A stretch of 64,000 bases of DNA, from the NCBI RefSeq assembly GCF_009914755.1, contig NC_060936.1; one strand, 5' to 3'. Positions 49,995 through 63,672 of this stretch are shown piece after piece. Position numbers and translations under genes: made by a program. Positions within the stretch are counted from its first letter, which is position 1. Each line of letters opens with the position of its first letter. Under the pieces are notes generated by a model. It made no database searches and was not told the DNA's origin. It worked only from the letters and a program-made list of their open reading frames with translations. This DNA is from the human T2T-CHM13v2.0 reference genome, Homo sapiens.

Positions 49995-50681
49995 CATATT
50001 AGTTCATTTTCATGCTGCCTATAAAGACATACTTGAGACTGGGCAATTTACAAAAGAAAGAGGTTTAATTAGACTCACATTTCCACGTGGCTGGGGAGGC
50101 CTCACAATCATGGCAGAAGGCAAGGAGGAGCAAGTCACATCTTACATGGATGGCAGCAGGCAAAGGGAGAGCTTGTGCAGAGAAACTCTGGTGTTTTCTG
50201 TTTTTGTTTTAGTTTTTGAGTCATAGTCTCACTCTGTTGCCAAGGCTGGAGTGCAGTGGCACCATCTGGGCTCACTGCAAACTCTGCCTCCTGGCTTCAA
50301 GTGATTCTCCTGCCTCAGCCTCCTGAGTAGCTGGGATTACAGATGCCCACCACCATGCCCCACTAATTTTTGTAGTTTTAGTAGAGACTGGGTTTCACCA
50401 TGTTTGCCAGGCTGGTCTCAAACTCCTGACCTCAGGTGATCCATCTGCCTAAGCCTCCCAAAGTGCTGAGATTACAGGCATGAGCCACTGTGCCCGGCCA
50501 AAACTCCCATTTTTAAAACCATCAGATCTCATGAGACTCGTTCCCTATCAGAAGAACAGTGCCGGAAAGACCTGCCCCCATAATTCAATCGCCTCCTACT
50601 GGATTCCTCCATGATGTGTGGGAATTGTGGGAGTTATAATTCAAGATGAGATTTAGGTGGGGACATAGCCAAACCATATCA
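49995..50681 (-). mobile_element. THE1 solo LTR containing an Alu
   Basis: aaagacatac(c)tgagactgggcaatttacaaaagaaagagg ... aaaccatatca, TSD CTAAG. Confidence 0.9.
50193..50499 (-). mobile_element. AluSx-like
   Basis: Alu dimer inside THE1. Confidence 0.92.
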
Positions 50682-51565
50682 CTAAGAGTTAAAATAGTAG
50701 GAGAGTCAAAGGTGGTTTTGGTGAAGTTTATAAAAACACAAGCATGTGGTTTTTGCCAAAAAAAAATGAATTTTTCTAGTTCACACACTATTTAAGAGTT
50801 GCTTATAATACATAAAAATTGATAAAACTAAATGTATAAAGAGAAAATAAAAAGGTGGGGAATGAGAAACCTTGACTCTTGGGCAGCCACGTGGTCACCC
50901 ATCTTAAGAAGCTGTAGCTGGGCTGCATTCAATTACTAAAGGTAAAAATTACCAGTGGAATTTAGAGTTGGATCACACTCATTCTCACAGGGAGTTCACT
51001 GAATGCATAAGAAAATGCAAACTAATAAGGAAAAGATAAAATATTCAATACATTAGTTATTGTTATATGTAATAGCTAAAATGAAAGTAAAAAGGAATGC
51101 TAGGTTGGGCATTAAGGCTGGGCCAAGCTCAAATATGGATCTGTCTCAGCTCAGGCCAGTAGCCTCAAAGGTACCACAAAAGGAAAAATTCAACCAGCGA
51201 AAACAAAAGTTACCTCTGAGTCCTGTGGTTACCAACAAGATAGTTGTGTAGGGGAAGGGCAAAACCAAGTAACCATTAAAACCAGAGGGTATAATGTAAA
51301 GGAAATGTTCCATTTTGTAGATTCCATCAGCTTCTTGAGAAACCTTTACTATAACGGATCATAACTACTTTAAGGACAGAATCTTTCATTTTAAATGCCG
51401 CAGAATGAAAAGGCATGTTTGGGTTGATGCAGGACCCACAACTCACTATTAAACAATCACTGATGAGTATATGTGATTCAGATGCACAGGAGGTTATTCC
51501 TGAGAGAATAGCCAGCCTAGTGGACTGGATAAATGCCACTGTAAGGTCTGTTTACCCTGAAAAGG

Positions 51566-51910
51566 TGTATTAGTCCATTATTGCATTGCTATGAAGAACC
51601 ACCTGAGACTAGGTTATTTATAAAAAAAGAGGTTTAATTGGTTCTGCAGGTTGTATAGGAAGCACAGCTGTGGAGGCCTCAGGAAACTTACAATCATGGT
51701 GGATGTCAGAGAGGAAAACAGGCACGTCTTACATGACCAGAGTAGGAGAAGGAGTGAGAAGGAGGAAGTGCAATACACTTTTAAACAACCAGATATTTTG
51801 AGAACTCACTATCATGAGAAAAACAAGTGGCAAGTCCGTCCCCATGATCCAATCACCTCCCACCAGGCCCCTCTTCCAAACTGGGGATTATAATTCAACA
51901 AACCATATCA
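51566..51910 (-). mobile_element. MST solo LTR with small internal deletion
   Basis: tgtattagtcc ... ccatgatccaatcacctcccaccaggcccc ... aaccatatca. Confidence 0.85.
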
Positions 51911-54900
51911 GAAGACTTCCCAACTCTCCCTATAAATTGCCAAGTGAAGCACCCCAGATGAAGCAGCTGATATGCTTCATATGCAAGTCATGTGGGACTG
52001 GCTTTAGGAAGACCAAGATACTCTCCCATTGACAATGCTTATGACCCAGATTATAGTAAATGCTGTGGTTAAGGGGGCCCTTCTCCATGGGCACCCCAGG
52101 TGACATTACTCCTACAGAATCAAAGAATTGTTTGAGAAGACTCATCAAATTTTCCGTCCTCATAGGTCTTACAGATGCTAGTAAAACATTAGAGTAATTA
52201 ACAAAATAAAACAAAAATGGGAAAGGCAAAAGAAAGTCAAAGGACTCATCCCAGAAGGGTGGTGTAAATCTTTAGATGGTTATTAAGAAATGAAATAAAT
52301 AAAATGAAAATGGATGGAATTAAAACAAAGGTCTTTACAACACTGTCAAATGTTGAGTGGACCAAGAGAATGTCTGCTGGTCCCCAGCTTTAAAGGGTCA
52401 CAAACCAGTGTTCTGCATTTGCCTCAGACTGGAGAAATTTAAGAAAAATCAAAAGGCAAAGGTTATAATGAGAAAGCTGACATTGCCTTGGGTAACGCTG
52501 AGGCAAATTAAGATAAAGATTTACAAAAGGGTCTGAGTAACTTCGCTCAACTCCCTGCTGGAAACCTAAATCCTTTTTCACCGGAAAAGGTAAAATGGTC
52601 TAGGGGTAAAGAAGACAAGTTCCTGAGACCAGAACATAAAAATGTAAAGGTTGATAGGATTATGAAATTTGAGATGTTTAAACAGACTTTATGTAAGGTA
52701 GTTGTGATATCTTTATGCAAATGTCTTATGAAAACGGGTATTGTATGTAACTGGGGGATGTTTCCCCTACCTAGTACTATAAAACTGAAGGCATGTAAAT
52801 CGACCCTTTAAGAAATATTAATTGGACACACTAAATGGGAACTATTAATAGTAAGATTGCCTGAGTCCACAGAATATAGGGTAGAAGCTGGAGCACTAGT
52901 CAGGACTAGCACTTTATAATAAGCATAAAACCTCCACTTGATAGCTCTTTGTGGAGCATTTATTAGGGCTTATAGCAAAAAACGTATGAGCACATAGGAC
53001 TTTGGACTGGAGAATTTCCACTTGAGGGGCATTTACTGCCTTGCTATGGAATGTTAACTAAAGCTACTCGTATGCTAATGGAAATAATGATGCCCAAAAC
53101 AGTTCTATGATAAAATAAAAGTGGTTTATATAGAATCCTGCTATGTGGTGATGCAAGGAGGAGGTACTTATGAGCAGGGAGTCTCTTTTTTTTTTTTTCC
53201 CTAGGACTAACTCTATTTGAGGAGCTGCCAGATCCTACAGTGCCTGATAGACAGCTCTTATCTGACAAGAGCAGCTTGGCTTGAGAATGGCAGTTCCAAA
53301 GTGAACAAACAACATCTTCTTTGGAAGGCTACTGTTCTGGTTAAAGAAGAGTCAAGGAAATATTTTACTTCTGAGTTATTTATTGTTTAGCACCATTGGA
53401 GAAAGTATGTTTTTGTCAGCAAATTTACCTTTCTCTCTGAGTTCTCCAAAATTTAAAAACTATTTGTGATTTCATGAAAATATAGTTATCTGCATAAATT
53501 TAGTAAGAATCTTTTTTTAAAACAGGAAGATTGGAGACATTGGTTATTTTACCAAGGCTTGGACTAAAATAACATATTTTTAGGTAAAGTTCCAACAAAG
53601 CCAACTTGAAAATAGCCTATATGGCTAATATATTATTGCTACACTTTATGTGAATAATCAGGCCAAGTATAATAAGCATAAAACTTATTTTAAACACAAG
53701 TTGGTCTTACTGTAATTTTCTTTAGTAGAAAGAAGGGCTAGAGAGAGAGAGAAATTGTTTCAAAGGAAAACTGTAACACCTGTTACTAGTTTCTAGCCTT
53801 GACTTTGCTTTTGAGTGCAGGTTGAATCATGAATTATTCCTTAGCTACAATAATCCCCTAAAGACAAAAGGTTATAATTTTTCTTCATGTTTTTAGTTAG
53901 CATTCTAATGGAATAGATTTCGTTGTCTGTTCTGACACACATATTCTCTTTTAATTTTCAAATTATTAATATTATTTATCTCTTGTTTTATTACTTCTTC
54001 TGAGAAAACCAGAATTGTGGTATTCTGAAGACTAGAGATTATTTGACAAAGCCTGCGAATCTCCGTCATTTGGAATTCCACTGGGCCCGATGTATTTTTC
54101 ACTGCCAATTCCCTGCTGCTAAAGCTTTACAAGCATTCTCCCTCAAAGCCCAGTGACTATCACAGAAGAGGTGGGCATGTGAGATTGTAAGGAACAGTGT
54201 TGAGGGACAGAATTAGTTCAGACCCTCTGAATCAAGAATGGGTACACAGATGTCTAAACAGCTGGTAAAACAAGGGACTTTGCCTTCAGTACTATTATGT
54301 AGCAGCTTCTCACCCATCCCAACCATAAAAAATTTACTGCTTCCTATAGAATTAAAAGAAAATTATTACTCAGAGGATATAAAGATACCTTGTGACAAAG
54401 CCTCCTGGGTATAATACTCCCAGTTATGAGATTTATGTAGATAGAGGTATTTTAAAAAAATTGTCAGCCACCTTAAAACAAATTACTAAAAGACCACAAA
54501 AAGCATTATGACAAAATCTCCAAATTTCTTAGCTTAAAAGGATTTAACCATGCTTATGTTTTATATAGCTAATCGCTATAAGTCTGTTATAAAACCAAAA
54601 TTACAGTAGCTCAGCACATAGAAGTTAAAGATAAGTTAATTTTGAACCTCACCTTTGGCTTTTTGTTTGTTGGTTTTTATATTACATAAAAAATGTTTAA
54701 AGGTTAATGAATGCCTGCTCATATCCACTGGCATCTAGCTTACAACATTTAAATTGGCCATAAGTCTTTTGGCTCTAAGGCTCTTGGCTATAGGGGTTCT
54801 ACCGAGGGACAGGATGGATCCAGGGCAGGCAGCCATGCCACCCAGCAATGCTTTGGGACAAAATAAAAGTTTGGTGGCCATTGATGTTGCTTCTGGCAAC

Positions 54901-57478
54901 ATCCGTTCTACATTCTGGAAGAATGTAAAACAAAAATAAAATTCTAAGTCCCTCAATCATCTGAATGGGCCCTTCCTTTTGATCAAGGGCTTTCCAAAGT
55001 TAACCAGAAAGACTAGTTCAGGTCATGAAGAGAAGGGGGAGCTGGACATATCTCATTATACCCTACTCCCTTTTGGAATTACTGATAGAACAAACTCAAG
55101 TCTGATAAGAAACATTTGCAATCTATTCTCTCTGAAGCCTGCTACCTGGAAGCTTCATTTGCATGATAAAACATTGCTTTCCACAACCTTTATCTTAACC
55201 CAGACATTACTTTCTATTGCATCTAAGTCTTTAAACAGTAACATAACTCTTTCACCCAATTGCCAATTGGAAAATGTTTGAATCTACTTGTGACCTGGAA
55301 GCCCCCTGCTTTCAGTCATCCTGCCTTTCTGGACCTAATCAATGTACATCTTACATGTATTGACTGATGTCTTATGTCTCCCTAAAATGTATAAAACCAC
55401 ACCGTGGCCCTACTACCTTGGGCATATGTTCTCAGGACCTCCTGAGGGCTGTGTCATGGGCCATTGGTCATTCATATTTGGCACAGAATAAATCTCTTCA
55501 AATATTTTACAGAGTTTGATTCTTTTAATCAGCATTACAAAGATATTTTTCTGTGTCTAAACCATACCCTTTCTTGTCTTAAACCCCCAAGAATAGTCTC
55601 TGTTGTAATAACATTTTAATCAAAAATAAATAAATAAATAAACACAATACAAAAGCAAGCAGTACAAGATGTCAGAAGAACTTTACGTTCTTGGAGTTCT
55701 GTAAGAAAAAACAGAGGTTTCTCTCCAAAAAAAGGGTCTGGTGCCTTCTCTGTTTTGTTTAAGAAATACTGAGCTGTTAGACATTATTTTAGGTCCGTCA
55801 GGCAGCAGAGGGTTGCAAGAGAAAGGAGAGAAAGGCAGAAGCAAATGGAGAAAATAAAATTCAGCTGACTGAGAAGAAAAAGAAACTTTTTCTCAAAAAA
55901 CAAATTCTAGGAGAAAAAGCATAAAAGATACACACCACACATACACACAAACACACACACACACCCCTTGGATATTTGCTTTTAATTAAGCTGACTTTTA
56001 ACCATAGAGCTCTTAAAAAATCCTTTTAAATCTGATTACCATATTTTAGCTGGGACGAACTGCCAGTATTTCAAAAGTAACACAAATATCAAACCAGAAA
56101 GGATTTGATTTAGGAATCAAAACCAGGCTGCCGTGGTGAAAAAAGGGCAGAATCTTAGCTACTGAACCACAGCATGGGGTGACCACTATTGCTCTCTCAG
56201 TTTGGCGGGCTAGCAAAAGGTGGCCTTGTTTTGTAAATAAAGACCCTCAGGTAGTCAAAAATTTTCTTTTCTTTTTTTTTTTTTTCCCCTTTTGCTGGCT
56301 GTGTTTTCTTCTTTCGTCTCTTTTGTTGTTGTTCAGCTGTGGGAATTTAGCCAATTCAGAGGCATTGTTCCCCATAATTTGGAACTTTCCTTCAAATTCG
56401 ACCAAAGGAAATCTACCAGTTGGTCAAACCCAATGGGAAAAAGACCAAAACAACAAAAACAACCACCACCACCAAAAACAACAAACCCAGAAACAAACAA
56501 AAAAACACTTAAGCAAACAAACAAACAACTGGTCAATTTATACAATTACTGAGCGCTCTAATGGTAAGGAGAAATTCAGACCGGCTGGGTGTTAATCTTA
56601 ACTTTTAGTAATTCAGGAGAATTTCCAAGACAAAATCCCAATTCGGCTACTTACCTAGGAATGGGGCCCAGGCTGAAGATTGCCCTCCGCCATTTTAAAC
56701 GCAGGAAAAAACCTTAAACTTGCCTTCCCTGTTGGAAGTGAGCTGAAACTCCTGAAAAGAATCACCTGCTTTCCATCATTACGGAAGCAGGAAAACTCAC
56801 CTGCCTTGTTGGAAGTGAGTAAAACCCCAGAAAAGGAGTTGTACAGCCAAAGAAACCTTAGATATCAACCAAATTTTGGGAGATCATCGATTTTCTGCAG
56901 TGGGGAGCTCCCTAGACCTGAGCAGATTGTCCTATTAGTTTGAGCAATAAAGATCGTTCAAGCTGGTACCAAGCACCAATAGGACATTTGTCGGTCAGGA
57001 TCACCTCCACTTAGATTCCCTTCCACTGGTTGCCAATTTGTAAACCAAAAAATATCTGAGACAGGTCTCAATCAATTTAGATGTTTATTTTGCCAAGGTT
57101 AAGGGCAATGCCTAGGAGAAAAAAAGCACAGAATCACAGAAACAGTCTGTGGTCTGTGCCTTTCTCCAAAGATAATTTTGAGGGCTTCAATATTTAAAGG
57201 GGAAAAGCAGGCTGGAGGGGGAAAGGAGAGGGTATGGTCACATTACAGAATCCACATGTTGCAAGAGAAAAGGAGCAGGTAGGTGAATAGTCAATTATAT
57301 ATTCATCTCATGCTCAGTAAATCGGCACTTTACCTAAGTAGCTGCCTATGCAGATAGGTAACATTTTATCAGTAGGAAGAAAAAGAAAGTCAGCTTCTTG
57401 TATGACTCAGCCTTCAGCTTAATTTTTTTCCTTTTGGCATAATGAATTGAGGTCCCAAGTTTTTGTTTTCCTTCCACA

Positions 57479-57630
57479 GATCTGGAGTCAAAAGACCTGG
57501 GTTCCAGTTCCGCCAGCAACCTGCTGTGTATCCCATCAAATCACCTCTCCTCTTGGGGCCTTCTTATTAGTAAAATGAAAAGATTGGTCTGTGTACTTTC
57601 AAAGACTCATCCAGCCTCAACAATCTAACA
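57479..57630 (+). mobile_element. MIR, 3' part; 5' part at ~39678-39718
   Basis: ctggagtcaaaagacctgggttc continues the MIR interrupted at 39718. Confidence 0.6.
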
Positions 57631-57761
57631 GTCTGCAGGTTTCATACCTGGGAAGAGGGAATACCTACTTTTAAACAGGCCATTACTTTAATAGCTGTTG
57701 AGCTTCTACTGTGTGCATGGCAGACATCCAGCAGTGGTCAGGATGTGTACAGTCTCTGAGG

Positions 57762-58247
57762 GTATTAGTTTTCTATTGCTGCTGTAATAAATTACCACAA
57801 ACTTAATCGCTTAAAACCACATGAGTTTATCATCTTACAGTTCTGAAGGTCAGGATCCTGCCATCGGTTTCACTAAGCTAAAATCAAGGTGCCAGCAAGC
57901 TTGTATTTATTCTGAAGCCCCAAGAAGAGAATGTATTTCCTTGCCTTTTCAAACGTCTAGAAGTCATCTGCATACCTTGGCTGGTGGCCTTTCCCTGCAC
58001 CTTCAAATCAGCAGCAGAGTCATCATGTCACCTTCACTGACTAACCTTCCTGCCTTTCTCTTATAAAGACCCTTGTGATTCTATTAGACCCACTCAGATG
58101 TTCTAGGATAATCACCCTATTTCAAGGTCCTTAAGGTAATCAAATCTGTAATGTCCTTTTTCCTATTTAAAGAAACGTAGTCACAGGTTCTAAAGTTTAG
58201 TATGTAGATATCTTTAGCAGGGAGAGCGTCTATTCAGTCTGGCACCC
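57762..58247 (-). mobile_element. MLT1C/D-type LTR
   Basis: gtattagttttctattgctgctgtaataaattaccacaaactt. Confidence 0.8.
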
Positions 58248-59223
58248 TGGGCTTAGCCTTCATTTGTTAAAAGACCAGGAAGCTCTCTTCATATATAAGC
58301 CCATAAGAGATACTGTCCTTTGGGTGTTATACGGGCTACCAATGAACTCTTAAAGTGAAAAATGCCACTGTCTGACCACTGCCACCATCACTGTCACCAA
58401 CAAGCAACATTTGGGCATAAACTTTGTGAAACCCAATTCCTGTTGCCAGCAACTAACATCCACAAGGGCATAGACAGGCAATGTTTATGTTCAAACCCTT
58501 CAGCAACATTGTCTTAAGATAATTTCCAAATGAGATAGCATCAGAACAGATATCCAGGAGCAGCCAGGCACACAGTAGATGCTCAATAAAAGCCAGGAGT
58601 TTGGAGGTTTTCTCATAATCTTCATTAATCAGTGAGTTGAGGGTTCTGATATGCTTTTTGGTTATACTACTTTGGTAGGTTTGCCAGGCCAGATCCAGTT
58701 ATATCACAATAATCAAGCATGCCAATGTCTTGGGCTGCCCGACAACAATGTTGAGAGGCTCTGATAAAGACCACTGCACCAGGGTAGATCTCTTTATCTT
58801 CAGCTCTATAAATGAAAATAATCTGTTAATGCACTGGGGCTTAGCCATTGTTTGGCACTGACCTATGAGAGGAGGTTGCCCCTGCACTGCCTTTCTCTCC
58901 TCCCAGCTGTGTCTTATAAGCTGCTGTCACCTTAACCACAGGTTGTCCAGAGAAACAAAAACTCTCCTCCCAGAGGATTATGATCCTTCCACCTGCACAC
59001 CAGAGACTTAGGGCTACCATGGCATAGATGCTTCCAAAAGAAAAGAAGAAAGGAACTGACTTTCTGGCAGATACAGAACTGAGTCTCTGTGAAGGAGTTA
59101 ACGGCCTTTCTGGATCAATAATACCATTCTCTGGTAAGGAAACAATGCATCTGGTAACATGGAGGTGACTCTAGTAAATGAGAAGTTGGGAAAGTACCAC
59201 AGTAGTAAGAGAAAAGGCACGTT

Positions 59224-59540
59224 GGCCGGGGGCACTGGCTCACGCCTGTAATCCCAGCACTTTGGGAGGCTGAGGTGGGAGGACTGCTTGAGCTCAGGAG
59301 CTTGAGACCAGCCTGGGCAACATAGTGAGACAAAAAATTAACAAATTAGCCAGGCATGATGGCACATGCCTGTGGTCGCAGCTATTCAGGAGGTGGAGGC
59401 GAGAGGACCACTTGAACCTGGGAGGTCCAGGCTCCAGTGAGCTACGATCATCACTGCACTCCAGCCTGGGTGACAGAGTGAGATGCTGTTCCCCCACCAA
59501 AAAAAAAAAAAAAAAAAAAAAGAGAGAGAGAGAAAGAAAG
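59224..59540 (+). mobile_element. AluJ
   Basis: J diagnostics, A/GA tail. Confidence 0.9.
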
Positions 59541-60228
59541 AGGAGCATTATCTTGCTGTAATTGGATAACTGCAGACCCAACCCTAGCAAACTGTCCTCT
59601 GATAGGAAAATAAAATGTTCTCTTACTTTATTAAGGTTGATAGAAATGTAGCAAAAACCTGGTAGCATTTCCTTGTATAGCTTTGGAGACAACGAAGGTG
59701 GGCTGGAATTTCTGCTGCTTGCTAGATGGATGGCTTTTTGATAAGTTGCTTACCTCTCTGTACCTCAGTGACCTTATGCATGAAACAATAAATCGTATAT
59801 ACAGAAAATAAAATGCCTGCTTCCTAGCACTGTTGACATATATTATATGGAAGTATTTAACATGACCACACACCAATTGGTCAATCATTGTTTTTCACTG
59901 TTAAGGTTTCCCTTAACACTCTAGAAATCACTAAAATTTTTTAAATCATCTGGTTTGACCCTTAATTTTACAGATATTTTCTGGAGACATTTTGTTACAT
60001 TAATTTATATACAAATTTCAACAAAGATAATGTTTTGATTTAAAATAGTCAGTGATTGTCAGATTTGACCCTGGAATCATGAGCTTTCCACAAAACCCTA
60101 CATCAGGAAATGGTTCTGTTCAATGCAAAATGGCAGCTTTTCAGAGTTTTGTGATCTCCTTAAAGATCTATTCACACCAAATCCAATCTGGAAATCAAAA
60201 GCAGATCAAAGAGATAAAAAAGAAGTAA

Positions 60229-60358
60229 TGTTGGCAAACAGATTTTAAAGTTTAATTGAAAAATTATACTTTATAATATCTTAATTTATATTTTGTTGGC
60301 AAAAAGATCTTAAAGTTTAATTGAAAAATTCTACTTTATAATATCTGAATTTATATTT
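60229..60358. repeat. Tandem duplication, 2 x 65 bp, AT-rich
   Basis: tgttggcaaa...aatttatattt repeated at 60229 and 60294 with a few mismatches. Confidence 0.9.
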
Positions 60359-60852
60359 TATTACTAACTAATCATTAGGTTTGCATATGCAATATCTTTC
60401 ACTCTGTTTATATATACAACACAGGAAATGCTGAAATGTATATTCAGATCTGATCTGTTTACATTTAGTTTTAGATTTGTTGGTATGTTAATTGGGTGTT
60501 TTATTATGATTTAGAAAATTTGTCCATGGAAGCAAGGAATAAAAGAGCAATTCATAAAAAATCATTTTTCAATTCAGAGGGGATGGAGAGGAGATTTGCA
60601 TTAAAAACTATCCACTATATTCTCTGCACTATTTTTCTTAGGAAGCAAGAATGTTCCAGGTTCCCCCATCTTGGAAGTTTTTCCACTTCATCATTAAACT
60701 GAGACCAAGAAAGGACAAGATAATGGAAGTGAAAGCTAAACTGCTTCAGACTGATGGAGGCTCAGGTCAGCCCCAAGAGCTTGGAGCACAGTGACAGGAC
60801 ATTATAAGAGGCAGAAACAAGATAACTTAGCAGCTCCAATCCAATAGCTTTT

Positions 60853-61154
60853 CTTTGCTGTTGTTGTTGTTTGAGACGGAGTCTCACTCTGTCACCCCGG
60901 CTGGGGTGCACTGGTGCAATCTTGTTTCACTGCAACCTCTGCCTCCCACGTTCAAGCGAGTCTCCTGCCTCAGCTTTCTGAGTAGCTGGGATTACAGGAA
61001 CGCAGCACCACGCCCAGCTAATTTTTGTACTTTTAGTAGAAATGGGGTTTCACCATGTTGGCCAGGCTGGTCTCGAACTCCTGACCTCAAGTGATCTGGC
61101 CACCTCGGCCTCCCAAAATGCTGGGATTATAGGTGTGAGCCACTACATCTGGCC
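60853..61154 (-). mobile_element. AluS
   Basis: TSD ccaa(t/a)ccaa(t/c)agcttttct. Confidence 0.93.
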
Positions 61155-61959
61155 TTCCAAACCAACAGCTTTTCTAGGTTTCTTTATATATCAAGAGCTG
61201 AAGTCTTCTGTCACAAATGCTTCTGAGGTTTTATTTTTAATATGCAGCATTTATTCATTCCTAGCCACAAACCATGCACTGTGCTAACGTACTCACTAAA
61301 ACCTTGCAACTACCTAGTGAAGAAGGTATTATTACTCTCATTGCACAGATGCAAATGAGACTTGGAGATGTTAAGCAACTTGACAAAGGTCATCCAGAGA
61401 AGCAAGTTTGGATGCAAGTGTGGTGCAAGTGGTATGTGTGTGTGTGTGCATGTGTGTGTGCACGTCTGTGTTTTAGGAGAGGGATGAGAGTCTCACTTTT
61501 GGCAGAATGCTAAACCATGAATGTGGTCCACTCTGCTTCTCTTTTCTCCCTTTTCTTTACTCTTGATAATTGCCCAGTTAAGGCGCTATCCCTCTTCTTT
61601 TTTTACCTTGGCATAACAGAGAGTTTAACACCAACGGTATTGCCAGCAATAGCTATTTTTGAAATACAGCAAATTGTGTTTGCACCAAATGGACCTGCCA
61701 CTTATCCAGAAGTCACTCTGAGCAGCACAGAGGACTTGGCAACAACAATGAAGGATGGCACACCCTGCACCCTCCTTTCTATTGTTTGTTATCACCATGC
61801 TGCAGACTCAGGTACTCTTTACATTTGCAGATTCTTCCACTCCATTCAAAACAACTACACAAGCCTGAAAGGCAAAAAGGGTGAAGGCATTCACCATCAA
61901 CAAGAAACCTTTATCGAAGAAGGCAGCACAAGGGAGAATAAATAGCAGAGAAGCTGAGT

Positions 61960-62200
61960 AGGTTAAGTTCTGAAGTCAGACCAGAGAGGTTCAAACCTTG
62001 CCTCTGGTTGCGTCATTGAGCTCATGGTGGCAGAGGCAAGACATGGTTTGTCTCGAGCTGAATGACCTTGGATAAGATCCTTAAGTGTACTTAAACCTCA
62101 GTGTCTTCATCTGTAAGATAGAGATAATAATAGCACCAACCTCACAAGCTTGTCATGAATATTGAATGACATCAGAAATGCAAAGTGCCTGCCTACATCA
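61960..62200 (+). mobile_element. MIR
   Basis: aagtcagaccagagaggttcaaacc ... cctcagtgtcttcatctgtaa. Confidence 0.65.
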
Positions 62201-62595
62201 AGAACCTAAAAACTGCCTTTTATTATTGCAGATCTTCTGTGAGTCATGCTTAGTGCTAAGAACACATTACATAGCCTCAACCCATACCGGCTGGGTAGGG
62301 AGACAGGGCACATATATGAAAAACTATCATTGATAATACAAGGTAGACAACTGTCACATGAATAGCATAAATGCATGTTACGGAAAACCCAGGGAAGAAA
62401 TAAACACAAAATTATTTAAAAAATTAATTAGATTACAGATGGTAGTCCAGAAAGAGCAGGCAATTTTACCAATATTAAAAGCAGTTTTTGAAAAAGAAAT
62501 AAAATCCAAGTCTTCTGGTTCATATGGTAGGATTTTTTAAAATAAAACTATGCCACAATAATATTAAGGAAAATAATCTTAACAACAGCAGTGGT

Positions 62596-62917
62596 TGCCT
62601 GGGTGCAGTGGCTCATACCTACAATCCCAGCACTTTGGGAGGCCAAGGCAGGAAGATTACTTGAGGCTAGGAGTTGGAGGCAAGCCAGCCTGGGTGACAT
62701 AGTGAGGCCATATCTCTACAAAAAAAAAAAAAAAAAAATTAGCTAGGCATGGTGGTGTGGCCCCTGTAGTCCTAGATGCTCAGGATGCTTAGTCAGGGGG
62801 ATTGCTTAAGCCTAGGAGTTTGAGGCTTCAGTAAGCTGTGATTGCGCCAACCTGGGTGAAAGAGCAAGACCTTGTTTCTTAATAAACAACAAACAAACAG
62901 AAAAACAAAAAAACAAC
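62596..62917 (+). mobile_element. AluJ
   Basis: Diverged Alu dimer, long middle A run, flanked by aacaacag(c/t)agt. Confidence 0.88.
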
Positions 62918-62939
62918 AGTAGTAATTAACACTTTGAAG

Positions 62940-63128
62940 TCACCTTTTACGAGCTAGGCATTTTATACACATTATCTTATTAAATCCTCACAATAACTGT
63001 AGGAGGGAGGTACTATATTTTCCCCTATTTTACAGATGAGAAAATTGAGGTGCAGGAAGATAAGTAACTTGTCCAAAGTCCTACAGCCGGAAAGTGGCTG
63101 AACCAGGACTTAAACCCAGGTTTCCAAG
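62940..63128 (-). mobile_element. MIR
   Basis: ctattttacagatgagaaaattgagg ... aagtaacttgtccaaagtc. Confidence 0.8.
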
Positions 63129-63591
63129 CAATCACAATGGGAAGTTGAAGGGGAGAGGAGAACAGGGTAAGCAGGAGCCAGGGAAATGACAGGCCAACTC
63201 TTAGTGGGGCATTCATGGCAAGTTAACGGGCCTCCTTTACTGGAAGAGGAAATTCAAGTAGAGGAGTTAGCAGACACAGAACAGTGTATAAAGCAGGCGA
63301 AAGGAGGCTCTGAATGCCAGTCCAGACAGCGAAGTTTCTATTTGTCTGTTGTTTGGTTGGGGAGAAGACAGGAACAGAAGACAGGAGTCTGACAATTCTG
63401 TAGTTAAGGGGTTTTTTTAGACTCATCTGGTCACAGACAGAATGAAGAGGAAGGGTCCAGTGGCAGGGAGACCAGTCAGTGGCTAAGGCAGCAGCTCTGA
63501 GGAAGGATGAGGTGTTTTTCAGGTGTTCCCCAACTTGCCAGGGACACACAGCCACAAATCCACCTCCCAGTCTCACCACAGAGCATCAAGA

Positions 63592-63623
63592 AACTGATAC
63601 TCTCTATCCATCTCTCCCTACAG
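63592..63623 (+). promoter_or_regulatory. Putative 3' splice site (branch point, pyrimidine tract, CAG) ahead of the ACSM4 ATG exon
   Basis: actgat branch-like motif ~26 nt upstream of tctctatccatctctccctacag|G. Confidence 0.6.
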
Positions 63624-63672
63624 GCTGTAGTACTTCTGTGTCCATAGCAGTAGACAAAGTCCTTTGGGAACC

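Noticed and set aside
56179-56595. 138-aa ORF in the proviral internal region
   Set aside because: Antisense to the provirus and made of low-complexity T and CAA runs
63659-63670. Olf-1/EBF-like site gtcctttgggaa beside the ATG
   Set aside because: Mismatch in the core TCCC; too weak without ChIP data
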